A stretch of DNA of 64,000 nt from an uncultured bacterium (GCA_963749495.1 CAVVMW010000014.1:512001-576000); one strand, 5' to 3'. Positions 52,147 to 63,188 are shown, counted from the first letter of the stretch. Program-made: numbers and translations. The notes: generated from the sequence alone by a model not told the origin.

Positions 52147-52467
52147 TCAGTAGCCCAGTTGGGCCTTCTTCTGAGCGGCAGTGGCCAGTGGCTCCTTTTT
52201 GTGCTCCACGGGTTGCTGGCCTGCCTCTTTCGCCCGTTTGGCCTCCATCGCGTTGAATTCCTGGTCGCATTGATACTCCGCCGGCAAATCCGATTCGGCG
52301 TAGATTGCCTGCACCGGACATTGCTCCACGCACGCCGTGCAATCAATGCACTCCTCCGGGTGAATGACCAGTTGATTCTCCAGTTCGTAGAAGCAGGCTA
52401 CGGGACAGACTTCCACACAGTTGGTGAACTTGCACCCGTTGCATTTGTTGGTAACGACATGTGCCAT
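52147..52467 (-). CDS. fdxA: FdxA-type dicluster ferredoxin
   Basis: MAHVVT..CxxCKFT.CVEVCPVACF...IHPEECIDCTAC...CPV.AI. Confidence 0.9.
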   Translation of the reverse strand: MAHVVTNKCNGCKFTNCVEVCPVACFYELENQLVIHPEECIDCTACVEQCPVQAIYAESDLPAEYQCDQEFNAMEAKRAKEAGQQPVEHKKEPLATAAQKKAQLGY

Positions 52468-52510
52468 AATACCTCGACGATGTTGGATTTCCTTGGCGAC
52501 AGAATCGTCT

Positions 52511-54821
52511 TCACCTATGACCTCCTCCTCCTCCTCCCCCATGCCCTCCGCCACCTCCCCCGCCGTGGCCTCCGCCACCCCCAATTCCTCCCCCATGGCT
52601 CCAGCCGCCGTGAAAGAAGCCCCCAAAGAGGCCGCCACTGTGGCTCTGGCCATGCGAACTGCCTTCGACAGGGACGTAACCGTGCCCCTGCTCAGCAGCC
52701 GCACGGCCAGAAAAGCCTTTTTCGCCAGAACCGCGCCGCATGTGGACCCGGCCAAAATCCGAAATTGGCGACTTCGCGGGGTATTGTGGGCCAACCATCC
52801 TTGTTCCGTAATAGCCGCCATGAGGGCCGTTTTCGTACACGTTCCACACAGCGGCCCGCTGGCCGGCGGCTAAGACACCAGTGCGCGAGTTGTAAGCGCG
52901 CCCATAGCCTGCCGCCAAATCCCTGCCCGCAGGAGTCGAGCGAGGATAAAGGCGGCCACGAGTGCCGCGCCGCGCGTAGAGATTGCCTGCGGTGCTGGCC
53001 GAATCACTCCGCCCCCAGGCAGCCAACCGGCCTTCAGGGTCCCAATGCCTCCAAGGACCCCACCACGGGTGCCCGGGATGGCAGTGCCGCCAGCCGAACC
53101 GGCCAAAGCCCCAGCCAAATCCGAAATCGAAGCACCAATCGTCCCAGGGCGTCCAGCAAGGGCCCCAGCCCAACCCCCAGGTGCAAGGCCAGCCATACCA
53201 CTCGTCGCCGATCCAGGGCGGGTAATCGTAACCCGTGCCATAGACCACCACCCCGTTTTCCACTTCCGTGCCCAGATAGCCGGGCGTATAGCCCTCGAAC
53301 ACCTCTTGCGGCGTGGCACCATAGACCTGCACATAGGTCAAGTAGTGCAAGGGAGAGCTAGCCGGAATCGAGTAGATCACCGCAGGCACTGAAGCGGCAA
53401 CGGCCCAGGGCCCGGTGACCGAGGTGGCGACAAACCACACGCCATTCTGGCAGGCATACCAGGAATGCTCATCCACTTTGAGCATCGGCGTTGCGCTGTT
53501 CACCACGTACCAGAGAGGCGTGCCGACTATGGGCTCCAGCCGCGGCAGACCGTCGATCTGGGGGTCTTGCATCTGTACGTTTCGCGGCACTTTGACGCTC
53601 TGGGGAATACTGTTGGCGATGAGGGCCTCGGTGGCCTGTGCAGTTCCCGGCACGCTGGCCTTGACGTTCTCCATTGGGCTGTCGTCGGGAATGGCGGCGA
53701 AATCCGGGGGCAGGTGGTCCGCGGGCACGAATTGCCATGGCCCATCCAAAGACGGGGCGCGGAACCAACGGCCGGAAATCAACACGTAGGTCCGTTGGTC
53801 GCTGAGCAACTTGAAGACATTGGCGGTCGTGTTGGCGGCGTAGAGCAGGTGCGTGCCGGCAATGGGAACGAAACCGGGCTGGCCGTCGAACAGAATCAGT
53901 TCGGCGGGCGTTGTGGATACATAGACGTGTGGGGCGCTGGCTGTGGTAAGCGGCGGCGGCTTGTTTGTGGACGAGTCTGTCTGCCCTGTTAACAGGTCCA
54001 CTGGCGTTGCCGAAGCCGTCGCTTGCCGCTCAGCCGCAGCCGCGCCCCAAGGTGGCTCGCCCGCCACGGTCCAAGGTCCTTCCAGGCGAGGCGCTGTCAT
54101 GTAGCTGTCCAGGACGTGCAGGTAGAACTGGCCGGCAGCGTCCTCCAACAAGAACAGGTCAGTGTTGATCACCCGTTGCAGGCTTGTGCCTGGAACCGGG
54201 CGGCAGGCCGGCGGCCCGTCGATATAGACCAGGATGGCGGGGTTGGTGGAACAAATGATCTTCGGCGGGGTGTTATTCAGCGGCTGGCCCTGGCCTCTGA
54301 GTTGCCCCGGAGGCGCGATGAAAACGGCTTCGAGCCGGTCCAGCGGAAGCCCCCGGAGTTCCTTGGGAAAGGTTGCGCGTAACAAGTCGAGCAGGTCCTC
54401 AGCCTGCTCGCCCGCGGAAGGGAAATCGCCGTTGAGAACCTGGATGTCTTCCAGCGACATGGTGCGGGTCGTCTTATCCACCAGCGTGGTCGCGTGGAGC
54501 GCCACAACCCCGAAGGTCGGCTGCGGCTGGCCGGCGCCTTGAACCCCCACTGTGTCGCGGGCCATGAGTTGGCGCCCATCCCACGAATTGACCCGCGGTT
54601 CGTAAATGGTGTTGGTGGCAGAGCCGCTGACAATGACCCGCGGCCAGCCCGGAACGCCCGCTTGAGTCTCCCATCGAACCCGAGGCATTGGCGTAGCCCG
54701 GCTCGGGCGTGGCGTAGGAATAGGGAGGACCGATGGCGGATTCCGGGGCCTTCCTTGTCGCGCATGAAGAGAGCACCATCACGAAATCCGCCATCAGAAT
54801 CGTGTGGATGAAGCGCTTCAT
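52511..54821 (-). pseudogene. Large exported lipoprotein with Trp/Gly-rich tail, frameshift near 54680
   Basis: Signal MKRFIH..VLSSC in one frame; GWPR, GRWFRA.SL.GPW, VVVYGTGY.YPPW and Gly-rich end in another. Confidence 0.7.
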
Positions 54822-55157
54822 CGGCCACCGTTGGGGTGATGGGTTTGAGCCGGGTCCCGGTCTTCCACCGCAAGAGCGGCAGGCTTCCAGTAATCGGCGG
54901 GGTTTTGCGCTCTGGATGTCTTCAGCCTCTTGAGGACCTGGCCGGCGTCACGAAATGACTTCCAGCAGGGCTCGCAGACCCCATGAGCCTCGGCCCAGCC
55001 CGGATGATAGGCCTGAATCACCTGGATCGTGTGGAGGCGCACACGCGAGTCTTCTGAAGCGACGTGCTCGTGAAGGTGGGTGCGAGGGAGTGTTCGCGAA
55101 CACAGGGGGCAAGTGCTCTCGAGGCCAGTGGCAAGCGTTGTCGCCTGTCCACTTCAT
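54818..55157 (-). pseudogene. Small CxxC..CxxC protein with apparent +1 frameshift just after ATG
   Basis: Open frame TCPLC...HPGW....GVCEPCW; upstream ATG at 55157 is one base out of frame. Confidence 0.5.
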
Positions 55158-55218
55158 TCGGCGAGAGGACTTCTGAGGTCCAGTGCTCTCAGCCACGGTT
55201 CCATTTGGATCCGGTGCT

Positions 55219-55345
55219 AGCCTGTTCTGTGCCAAGGCCGCATGGCGGAGGTATCGCTGCACTTTCGAGGCTTTTCAACGGCTTCAAACAATGATGCGAC
55301 TCGAGACTGGAACATCTCGTGCCACCGCTGGAACAAGGCGTGCCA
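55219..55345 (-). promoter_or_regulatory. sigma54 promoter 1 with tandem upstream activator sites
   Basis: TGGCACAGAACAGGCT at 55219-55234; two TGGAAC-N5-GTGCCA units at 55308-55345. Confidence 0.8.
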
Positions 55346-55379
55346 CGCGGGAACGGCGCCCTCGTCTCAATCACCCCCT

Positions 55380-57137
55380 TTACCGATGGCCTCCCCCGCC
55401 ATGTCCCCCGCCGAAACCGCCACCATGTCCACCCCCGAACCCACCACCGTGAAACCCTCCACCCCCGAACCCGCCGCCGTGGAATCCGCCGCCAAAGGAG
55501 CCACCACCGTGGAATCCACCACCAAACGAACCTCCGCCAAAGGAGCGAGGCGCGGCACTCATTGCAGCGCCGCCATGCCAGCCGCCATATCCCCCGAACG
55601 AGCGTCCGCCGGGGCTCGCATAATGGGGCGCTGCGTATGCCGGAGCGCGATAGCTCGGGGCCGCCCAACTCCTGGAAGGGGTCGCGTAGCTGCGGGCCGT
55701 GTAGTTTTGGCCGGCCCACGCGCCGCGCGTGGCAGGGGCCGCCCGGTACGTGCCGGAACTGCCGGTCCAGGAACGAGCCGCCTGTGCTGTGAGCGCGGAG
55801 CTCCGGGCAGCAATACCCGAGCGAGCAGCAGCGGAGAGCGAGCCGTTCCAGTTGCCGGCAGAGTTCCAACGATTCGCAGACAGGGCGGGTTGCGCCACCC
55901 CAGCTCTGGTCCCGGCTTCGGCTAGCGAGTTGCGCTGGCCTGCGCCACTCCACCAGCGCGTGGCAGAGCCGGCAGTGCCAGCGGCTGAAGCCGAATGGGC
56001 TGGTGAACCGCCTCGTGCCCATTGAGTCACCGAACCGCTCGGCCGCGCCGGCGTCCCAAAGAAACTGTTCCCGCCGTGCCCGTCGCCGTGCCAAAACCCG
56101 GGGTCGCGTCCGTGGCCAAAGCCCCCGTCATGACCAAAACGGTTGCCGCGGCCGAAGCGGCCATCATGGTCGAAGAACCGGCCGTAACCGCCAAAACCGT
56201 AAAAATCACCGAACGCAAACCCCACCCCGAACGGGAAGAAATCACAGCCGCCCCAGAACCCGCACGGCTGCCACCAGCACCAGGGGTTGGGCGCCGCCCA
56301 GCCCGGACCCCAATCGCTATAGTAACCCGGGTCCCAATCCATGATGGCGCTGGAATAGCCCGGAGAATAGTACGGGCTGGAATAGTAGTAGTCCGGTGGC
56401 GGAGGCGGAGGCGCCGGTGGGGCGTATCCGAGCGGCGCAATCTGGTCCAGTTGCGCTTGCGGGCCCATCGGCGCTTGGGGAGCACTGGGCACCGCCGGAA
56501 CCGGCGCCACTTGGGCCGGCGTTGCTTGAGCAACGGCGCCTTGGGTCGGGGCCACTTGAGCGAGCTCCGATGCGGCGCTGGCCTGAGCCTGGTAAGCCTT
56601 TTGGGCTGTGGAGTATGCCTCAGTGAAAGCGGGGCGCTTATCCAGCAAGCTGCGGACTTTGGCCAAACCGTCCTTGGTTTTGCCAGAGATTTTCGTCTTG
56701 TCGGCCTTCAGGTCGTACCAGGCGACGAGTTCGCCGGCGGTGTGCTGGACGAATTTATTGTCTGGGGCAAACTGGCCGGCAACGTTCATGGCCAGGATGG
56801 CCTCGGGCATCCGGGAACGTCGGGCGTCCACATAAGCGACCACACCCCAAGCCAGGCCGTTGGTGACCTGTACCGTGGTCAAGGTCTGGGCCTGGTGATA
56901 GGCCATCTCCGGCAGGCCCAGGTCCACCATGCGGGAGACGTAAGCCTCTTGGAGGGCCGGATTATTCCGGTCGCTGGCAGCACCGCTGGCATAAGCGGCG
57001 ACCGCTGCCGAGGGGTCCGGCGCTTGCTGGATGGCCTCGAGCGCGGCATCCACGGCCGGGTCGGGCGCCGCCCTCGCGCCAGTCAGTGCACAACTCCACG
57101 CCAACAAGACCATCAGAATTCTCAGCTGGTTTTTCAT
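55380..57137 (-). CDS. Secreted protein: helical N-domain, Pro-rich linker, Trp/Gly-rich region, GGGFH-repeat tail
   Basis: Signal peptide MKNQLRILMVLLAWSCALTGARA; composition. Confidence 0.75.
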   Translation of the reverse strand: MKNQLRILMVLLAWSCALTGARAAPDPAVDAALEAIQQAPDPSAAVAAYASGAASDRNNPALQEAYVSRMVDLGLPEMAYHQAQTLTTVQVTNGLAWGVVAYVDARRSRMPEAILAMNVAGQFAPDNKFVQHTAGELVAWYDLKADKTKISGKTKDGLAKVRSLLDKRPAFTEAYSTAQKAYQAQASAASELAQVAPTQGAVAQATPAQVAPVPAVPSAPQAPMGPQAQLDQIAPLGYAPPAPPPPPPDYYYSSPYYSPGYSSAIMDWDPGYYSDWGPGWAAPNPWCWWQPCGFWGGCDFFPFGVGFAFGDFYGFGGYGRFFDHDGRFGRGNRFGHDGGFGHGRDPGFWHGDGHGGNSFFGTPARPSGSVTQWARGGSPAHSASAAGTAGSATRWWSGAGQRNSLAEAGTRAGVAQPALSANRWNSAGNWNGSLSAAARSGIAARSSALTAQAARSWTGSSGTYRAAPATRGAWAGQNYTARSYATPSRSWAAPSYRAPAYAAPHYASPGGRSFGGYGGWHGGAAMSAAPRSFGGGSFGGGFHGGGSFGGGFHGGGFGGGGFHGGGFGGGHGGGFGGGHGGGGHR

Positions 57138-57300
57138 ACCACAGGCCCTTTCGCAAACTGTGTTTATTACGCGCGGGCGCTGCCAGACCGCGAAGCCGTT
57201 CACGATGTCGGTGGCAGGCAGTGTCGCCTATCCACTCTCCTCAGCCAGCGGGCTTTGCAGGTCAGCCACGTTCCGCGGCGTTTCCATCACGTCCAGCTTT

Positions 57301-57427
57301 AGCCTGTTCCGTGCCAACGCCGGATGGGAGTGGTTTCACTGAATTGTCGAGGCGTTTTGACGGTTTAGAGAAATGATGCAACTAGAAATTGGAATATTCA
57401 GTGCCACCAGTGGAACAGGGTGTGCCA
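57301..57427 (-). promoter_or_regulatory. sigma54 promoter 2 with tandem upstream activator sites
   Basis: TGGCACGGAACAGGCT at 57301-57316; TGGAA(T/C)-N5-GTGCCA twice at 57390-57427. Confidence 0.8.
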
Positions 57428-58007
57428 CCGGGGGCAGCATAGACCTCTTGACCAACCAAACCACTTGGAGTTCTCCATCCGATAGGGTCTTGACCCCGTT
57501 GTGACAGGGGCCTCTGAAGCCGGTTTTGTCCTGCCAAAGAGCATCAGAATACCCTCCGGGCGTTTGGTTGCTTTGTCAGCGCCTTCTTCATTCTTCAAAG
57601 CGCTTCTCCAGGGGCCGTTTCGCCCAAAGCCGCCGCGTGCCGTGGCGGTCATAGAGGACGTGAACCTGGTTTTCCGTCACCGTGAAAGGAATCCGATATT
57701 CGTGTGGCCGGCGGCCATGAGGATTCTCGCCGCCTTCATTCAGCGCAACTCGAAACGGTTTGCCCGTGCTTGCTTTCATGGCATCAAGCCCGCGCTGGAC
57801 GGCCGCCCTGTTGTTTGTCATCGGGGATAAGGTCAAGGCGGGCCTGCTCGGGCGCTGCCCCGGCGGGAGGTGGAGGACCATTCGCAGCAGTGATCCCCCC
57901 TCATCGAGACCTCACCCCCGGGTGGCACGCCCGGCAACCGGCGGAACCTCTTGCGAAGTCAATGAGATCGCCGGACATTTCATCATGACAAGAGCGCGGT
58001 GCCTGGA

Positions 58008-58319
58008 ATGAACAACGCCGGTCTGAACACGGAATGGAGCAAACCCGGCCCTACTCGGGACGGTTCCTCGCCGCACGAGGCCTTGTCGGCTCCGCGACGG
58101 TATGCGGTCGCGGTGCTTTGTGTCCTGATCGCGTTCGCGGTTCGCTACTGGCTCAGCCCGATCCTGGGCGAGGAACTGCCCTTCATGCTTTTTGTGGCGG
58201 CGTCTTTGGTCGCGGCCTGGTATGGCGGGGCGGTGACTGGGGTCGTGGCCCTGTTGCTCGGCCTGTTCCTGGCGAGTTACTTTTTTCCAGGAGTCCGGGT
58301 GAATGACCACTTGAGGTGA
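58008..58319 (+). pseudogene. DUF4118-like membrane sensor domain, kinase part missing
   Basis: RYAVAVL...R..L.PILG..PFMLF..A....AWYGG...G. Confidence 0.7.
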
Positions 58320-58335
58320 GGAAGGATATCCCGAG

Positions 58336-58453
58336 TGGAACATTTCGTTCCACCGGTGGTCATTTGAAATCCAGTGCTTCGTTTCAAACACCCCAAAAAC
58401 GTGCGAAAAACAGCGATGCCTCCGTTTCCTCCCCCCTCGGCACGCGTCTAGCT
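58336..58453 (+). promoter_or_regulatory. sigma54 promoter 3 with upstream activator site
   Basis: TGGAAC-N5-GTTCCA at 58336-58352; CGGCACGCGTCTAGCT at 58438-58453. Confidence 0.7.
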
Positions 58454-58466
58454 AACAGGCCGAGGC

Positions 58467-59000
58467 ATGGACAAGCAAGACAACCATCCGCGCGCGGCAA
58501 CCATGAAGGCGGCGACCTCGACTCGTCATTCGCGTCGCCAGGTGCCGGTTGCGATAATTCCCGCGCGCGAAGATCGCGATGGCGAGACCGAGGCCAGGCC
58601 CATTCGCACCGTGGTCGTAGATGACTCGCCGCTAATGCTCAAGACGCTCAGCCTGCTCCTGGAACAGCAGGGCGGCGTTGAGCTTATCGGCACGTCCACC
58701 GACGGGCGTCTCGCGATGCGGCGATTGGCGGAACTGAGTCCCAACCTGGTGCTGATGGACCTGCAGTTGCCCGGAATGAATGGATTGGAGGTCACGCGCT
58801 GGCTCAAAGCGCAGGCTCAGGCGCCGGCCGTCATCATTCTTACAGCGGAGGACACTCCGGAGCACCGGGCGGGAGCCCAGATGGTTGGCGCCGACGGCTT
58901 TGTCGCCAAGCAGCACCTGTGGGCGGAGCTGCCCGTGGCAATCCGAAAGCTATTTCCGCGCGCAACCGTCTTGATGCCCGGCCCCGCTTTCGCCGCATGA
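58467..59000 (+). CDS. Stand-alone receiver-domain response regulator
   Basis: VVVDDS, LMDLQLPGMNG, ILT, FVAK. Confidence 0.9.
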   Translation: MDKQDNHPRAATMKAATSTRHSRRQVPVAIIPAREDRDGETEARPIRTVVVDDSPLMLKTLSLLLEQQGGVELIGTSTDGRLAMRRLAELSPNLVLMDLQLPGMNGLEVTRWLKAQAQAPAVIILTAEDTPEHRAGAQMVGADGFVAKQHLWAELPVAIRKLFPRATVLMPGPAFAA

Positions 59001-59479
59001 ACGCAACGATTGTGAATGGCCAGCATCGTCTGCTGGCCCAAATGGCGACGCTCCCCGCCTGCCAGCGAAACGGTGGAGAGGCTGACTGGTTTCCCCCAGT
59101 GGACATTCTCGAGGACTCGGAGGAGTACCTGTTCAGAATTGACCTGCCCGGAACGAGACCGGAGGACGTCCACGTCGTTGTGGAGGAAGATGGGCTCTTC
59201 ATCTCCGGCGACCGTGCGGAGCTCCCGCCTGGCGACAAGAAGTGGCTGCGGGTCGAGCGCCCACACGGGCATTTTGAGCGCCGTTTCGCCCTGCCCGATG
59301 ACGCCAGCAGAGCAGAGGTCAGTTCGGCCTTCGAGCAGAGCGTCCTCGAGTTACGGGTCCGCAAGGTCACCTCCGTCATGCCAATTCCGGCCCCAACCGG
59401 TGCATGGCCCAGCCCCCTTGTGCCGACTCCGCCCCCAGCGGGCACACCGCCAAGGCTGAGACTTCGTTCCGTGTCATGA
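58997..59479 (+). CDS. Hsp20/alpha-crystallin small heat-shock protein
   Basis: PPVDI.E, DLPG, ISG.R, ER..G.FERRF.LP, VLEL. Confidence 0.9.
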   Translation: MNATIVNGQHRLLAQMATLPACQRNGGEADWFPPVDILEDSEEYLFRIDLPGTRPEDVHVVVEEDGLFISGDRAELPPGDKKWLRVERPHGHFERRFALPDDASRAEVSSAFEQSVLELRVRKVTSVMPIPAPTGAWPSPLVPTPPPAGTPPRLRLRSVS

Positions 59480-60033
59480 ACCCTCCCCGCCATCACCAAG
59501 AAGAGCGTCGTAGAATTGCGGCGCACCACGAGGCGCTCCTGCTCGTGGCTGAGGACAGTCCGGCGCCAACCGGGGAGATGAGTTTTTTTCCAAATGCCCG
59601 CAATGCCCGGAATGCTGGCGTGCAAGACAGTGCACAGATCCGCGTTGTGATTGCGGACGGCAACGAGGTCTATCGGGAACTGCTCAAGATGGTCATCGAG
59701 GCCCTTCCAAGGCTCCAGGTCTTGGGCACGGTTGGCACTGGCTGCCACGTCCTGGAGGCAATCACTGCCCAAAGGCCCGATCTCGTCCTGATCGATCTCC
59801 AGCTTCCCGGCCTCAACGGTCTCCAGAGCCTGGCGCTCATCCGCGAGTATCACCCCGCAACCCGCGTCATCATAATCGCTGACGACGACTCGGATGACGT
59901 GCGGGCGACCTGTCTGGCCCAAGGGGCTCAAGGATTTATCTCCAAGCGCCGGCTCCACACCGACCTGCGTCGCGGGATCGCGGGAGTGTTCTCCGGTTCG
60001 CCCACCGACAGTCTGCACGAAGCGGCAGGCTGA
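59476..60033 (+). CDS. Stand-alone receiver-domain response regulator
   Basis: VVIAD, PDLVLIDLQLPGLNG, GAQGFISK. Confidence 0.85.
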   Translation: MNPPRHHQEERRRIAAHHEALLLVAEDSPAPTGEMSFFPNARNARNAGVQDSAQIRVVIADGNEVYRELLKMVIEALPRLQVLGTVGTGCHVLEAITAQRPDLVLIDLQLPGLNGLQSLALIREYHPATRVIIIADDDSDDVRATCLAQGAQGFISKRRLHTDLRRGIAGVFSGSPTDSLHEAAG

Positions 60034-60065
60034 ACCAGCGCACATGGTCTGGCGCGAGCCACCCA

Positions 60066-60171
60066 TGGCACAAATTGTTCCAACTTGGCCGCGCCCTTAT
60101 CCGTCGCTCCGCAGAAAAGCTGCGGAAAACCATGCAGACGTGGCTGCTCCTGCCCTGGCACGGAACCGGCT
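60066..60171 (+). promoter_or_regulatory. sigma54 promoter 4 with upstream activator site
   Basis: TGGCAC-N5-GTTCCA at 60066-60082; TGGCACGGAACCGGCT at 60156-60171. Confidence 0.8.
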
Positions 60172-60182
60172 AGAGGAATGGC

Positions 60183-60701
60183 ATGAAAACTCGTCTTGCG
60201 GCTGTGTTTTTCGCCGGCGCAGTGCTCTTGTCGGGTTGCGCCACTCACCAACCGTCCGTAGTCCTCGCCCCAGTCGGGCCGTCTCCGCCCCAACCAGCGC
60301 CTGGCGGCCCCAAGGGCACGCTCGTCGTGTATTCGGCTTATGACCCGAACTCGGATTTCAATGACACTGAGTATCTGCGCCAATACACGGATTACAGAAT
60401 CCTCTCGGAAGAGGGCAAGCTGTTGCAGACCGTGCACAACAGCAACGGGTTCGTCGTGGAAGGCCCCGCGGAAGTGGAACTCCCGGCGGGCAAATACCGC
60501 ATCATCGCTCAGGCTAACGGTTACAAGAAGAACGTGATAGTGCCGGTAGTCGTCCTGGCTGACCGACTTACGACAGTGCATTTGGAAGGCGAAGCTGCGT
60601 GGCCGGCCAATGCGGCCCTGCTCCAATCCAATCCCGTGCGGCTGCCCAATGGAGAGATCGTCGGGTGGCCTGCCAGTACGGAAGTCGTCTCGAAACCTTG
60701 A
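60183..60701 (+). CDS. Lipoprotein, beta-sandwich type
   Basis: Lipobox LLSGC; VELPAGKY.I.A. Confidence 0.75.
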   Translation: MKTRLAAVFFAGAVLLSGCATHQPSVVLAPVGPSPPQPAPGGPKGTLVVYSAYDPNSDFNDTEYLRQYTDYRILSEEGKLLQTVHNSNGFVVEGPAEVELPAGKYRIIAQANGYKKNVIVPVVVLADRLTTVHLEGEAAWPANAALLQSNPVRLPNGEIVGWPASTEVVSKP

Positions 60702-60724
60702 TGCGAAGGGAAAGGAAGACAACC

Positions 60725-61245
60725 ATGAAGCGAACATGCCCCGCAGTGTGGACTGGCGCCTTGATTTGGCTCGTCGGGTGTGCATCGCCCATGAACGTCG
60801 GCGTCCTGGCGCCAATTGGGCCAGCAACGGGGAGCCAGATGAAGATTGCCGACGAGGGTTCTCTCCGAGTCCGTCGCGCTATGAAGCAAGCCCTGGCGAC
60901 GCCTTGCGTGAATGGGCTTGCCCCGGAGGTCGCCGGCCCAAAGACCGCGCCGGAAACCGCGAACACCGTACCATGGCACGCAAAGCAATTCGTGCAGGCT
61001 CGACCCCGGGCTTCCTTCCTCGAGAATGGCCCAGGCCTGGAGCTCGGCAGGCCAAGCCGAACGAAATCGGCCTTGGCAAACTCTCTTTCAGCGGCATCGC
61101 TGTTCAGCTCCTGAAGGCAGAGAATCCGCTCCAACTCCTCAACCCGGCCGCGCCCGCCCAATACGGCTCCGGCATGGATAACCTGGATCAGTTCTCGTTC
61201 AGCGGCACTGGGCCGTTGCTCAAGATCTTTTCGATCGCCTTTTGA
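60725..61245 (+). pseudogene. Chimeric or frameshifted lipoprotein remnant
   Basis: Lipobox LVGC and VLAPIGP resemble the previous gene; coding-like tail (NPLQLLNPAAPAQYG) lies in another frame. Confidence 0.45.
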
Positions 61246-61418
61246 TACTTCCTCCCCGGCTCAGGGTTGGTGCTGTGTGGCCTTCTTCCCTTTGACTGGC
61301 TGCATGGGTGGGGGTTGATGGGCAGGCTGATTGTGCCAGGCCAGTCCGTAGAGAAGGGCCAACACCAAGATCGTAACAAGTGCAGTTAACATAAAAGGAT
61401 TTGACTCATGCACTGGCC

Positions 61419-62093
61419 TCAAAAAAACCACGTTACACCGACCAGTCCCATGATGGTGTTCAAGCCCGAATTGGGAGTGTAAAGGCCGGCGCTGGACACG
61501 TGCATGTAGCGGGCTTCTGCCGTTGCGGCCATGTTGTCCCGGAAGAACCAATGCACGCCGGTCCCGGCCTGGAGATTGAACTCAAATGTGCCGCCCAAGT
61601 CCGGCGCGCGTTCGCCGGTTGCCGTCACGCCCGCGCCAACGTCGGCAAACGGGATCCAGCGCGTGCCGGTGGCGAAATCATAGCGCAGGTGCGGCGTCAG
61701 CCCCACGCCCCACGTCACGCCGGGGGAGAATTCGGCGCCGGTGACGAGTTCCCCGCGCCACTCCCAATTCCCCCGATACCAGTGGCCGGCGCCCATCACC
61801 CGACCAAGCATGTGGCCGTAGGAAAGGCTGACCAGAGCCAAATTGTGAGCGACCCGGCTGCCAAACCCCGCAAAACCCGCACTGGCGCCGGCTTCCAGAC
61901 TCAACGAGTGGGCAGTCGGGCGAAAGCCCTCACCCACGCCATCCTGCCAGATGTCGGCGGCTGAAGGTTCCGATGCGGACAAGAGTTTGGACTGTGAACC
62001 AGCCGGTAGTGACTCAGCCGCAGGATCAGCGGCATTCAACGGCATCGTAGCGGCCATCCACAAAAGCCAAAACAGAGGACGAATTGATTTCAT
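61419..62093 (-). CDS. PagL-like (acyloxyacyl hydrolase family) outer-membrane beta-barrel
   Basis: Signal peptide; FEFN, YMHVSSAG....N.GLN, terminal Phe. Confidence 0.85.
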   Translation of the reverse strand: MKSIRPLFWLLWMAATMPLNAADPAAESLPAGSQSKLLSASEPSAADIWQDGVGEGFRPTAHSLSLEAGASAGFAGFGSRVAHNLALVSLSYGHMLGRVMGAGHWYRGNWEWRGELVTGAEFSPGVTWGVGLTPHLRYDFATGTRWIPFADVGAGVTATGERAPDLGGTFEFNLQAGTGVHWFFRDNMAATAEARYMHVSSAGLYTPNSGLNTIMGLVGVTWFF

Positions 62094-62188
62094 AGCTTCG
62101 AGCAATTTGCTGGCTCTATTTGGTACTGAGCCGGGAGGTGCGAAAAAGTTACAGAACGGCCAACTGCTATTGAAGGTTTGTGAATGGC

Positions 62189-62941
62189 TCAACGCGCGCC
62201 GATCAAAGCACTCCCGTTCCACGCCACCAGCGCGACGCCCAGCAACAGCACGCACCACGCGAAACTGCGCCGCAACGCAAGCGCGGACAACCTGCCCGCC
62301 AGTGCGGCGCCCGCGAACATCCCGGCGACCGTCGCGGCGAGAAACCCGAGGGTGAGCCGCCAATTGAGATTCGTGTAGCGAAGTTGGCCAAGCAGGCCGC
62401 CAGCGCAGTTAACAGCGATAACGGCCAGCGAAGTGCCGATCGCCGACTTCATTTCCAAGCCCGCAAACAGCACCAGTGCGGGCAAAATGACAAGCCCGCC
62501 GCCTACGCCCAGGAACCCGGTCAGCACGCCAACCAAAAGGCCGACAAGCAAGCACCGCAGCGGCTGGCACTGCTTCGCTCCCGAGGCAGGCTCGGTCCGC
62601 AGCAGCATCCGTATTGCCACCGCCAGCATGAGCGCGCCGAAGAGCAACAGGAGAACCGGCGCGGAAACCCAATGAGTAAACTTCGCCCCGATGTGTGCGC
62701 CGATCATGCCGCTCATGGCGAAGAACGCCGCCGCCTGGGAGTGAACATCACCCCGGCGGAGGTTGAGAAAGGTTCCCATTGCGCTGGTCCCGCCGACGAT
62801 GACGAGCGACATGCCGACGGCTTGGTGGGCGGGAATCCCTGCGACATATACCAGCACCGGCAGCGTCACGATGGAACCGCCGCTGCCCACCAGGCCGAGC
62901 GAAAGGCCGACCAGTGCCGCAAGCGCCAGAGCCAGGCTCAT
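62189..62941 (-). CDS. TauE/SafE sulfite-exporter family membrane protein
   Basis: GLVGSGGSIVTLPVL and GFLGVGGG....PAL repeats; AIGTSL. Confidence 0.9.
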   Translation of the reverse strand: MSLALALAALVGLSLGLVGSGGSIVTLPVLVYVAGIPAHQAVGMSLVIVGGTSAMGTFLNLRRGDVHSQAAAFFAMSGMIGAHIGAKFTHWVSAPVLLLLFGALMLAVAIRMLLRTEPASGAKQCQPLRCLLVGLLVGVLTGFLGVGGGLVILPALVLFAGLEMKSAIGTSLAVIAVNCAGGLLGQLRYTNLNWRLTLGFLAATVAGMFAGAALAGRLSALALRRSFAWCVLLLGVALVAWNGSALIGAR

Positions 62942-63188
62942 CGCGCGGGAGCGGCGTTCGGCACCACCAACACCGGCACCGGTGCCTGGCGCAGCACCAA
63001 TTGAAATGGCAACGGTGTGTTCATAGTCTTGTTTCGCCGACAATCAACAATCGCTCGCACCCTATGAGGTGCCTCATCAGTGCTGAGCCGCGAGAGGCAA
63101 AAAGGTTACAGTCCATTCAACGGATCGTTAACAGGCTGTTGAGATATAGGACTGCGGCGGCGCGCCGCTGACCCGGCCAGGGCCAGAC

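Noticed and set aside
55385..55545. Short periodic repeats resembling an array
   Set aside because: They encode the GGGFH protein tail; no repeat-spacer structure and no cas genes
63030..63100. CUGAUGA followed later by GAAAC on the minus strand, possible hammerhead or riboswitch
   Set aside because: Stem II does not close against GAAA and no stem III/UH site forms
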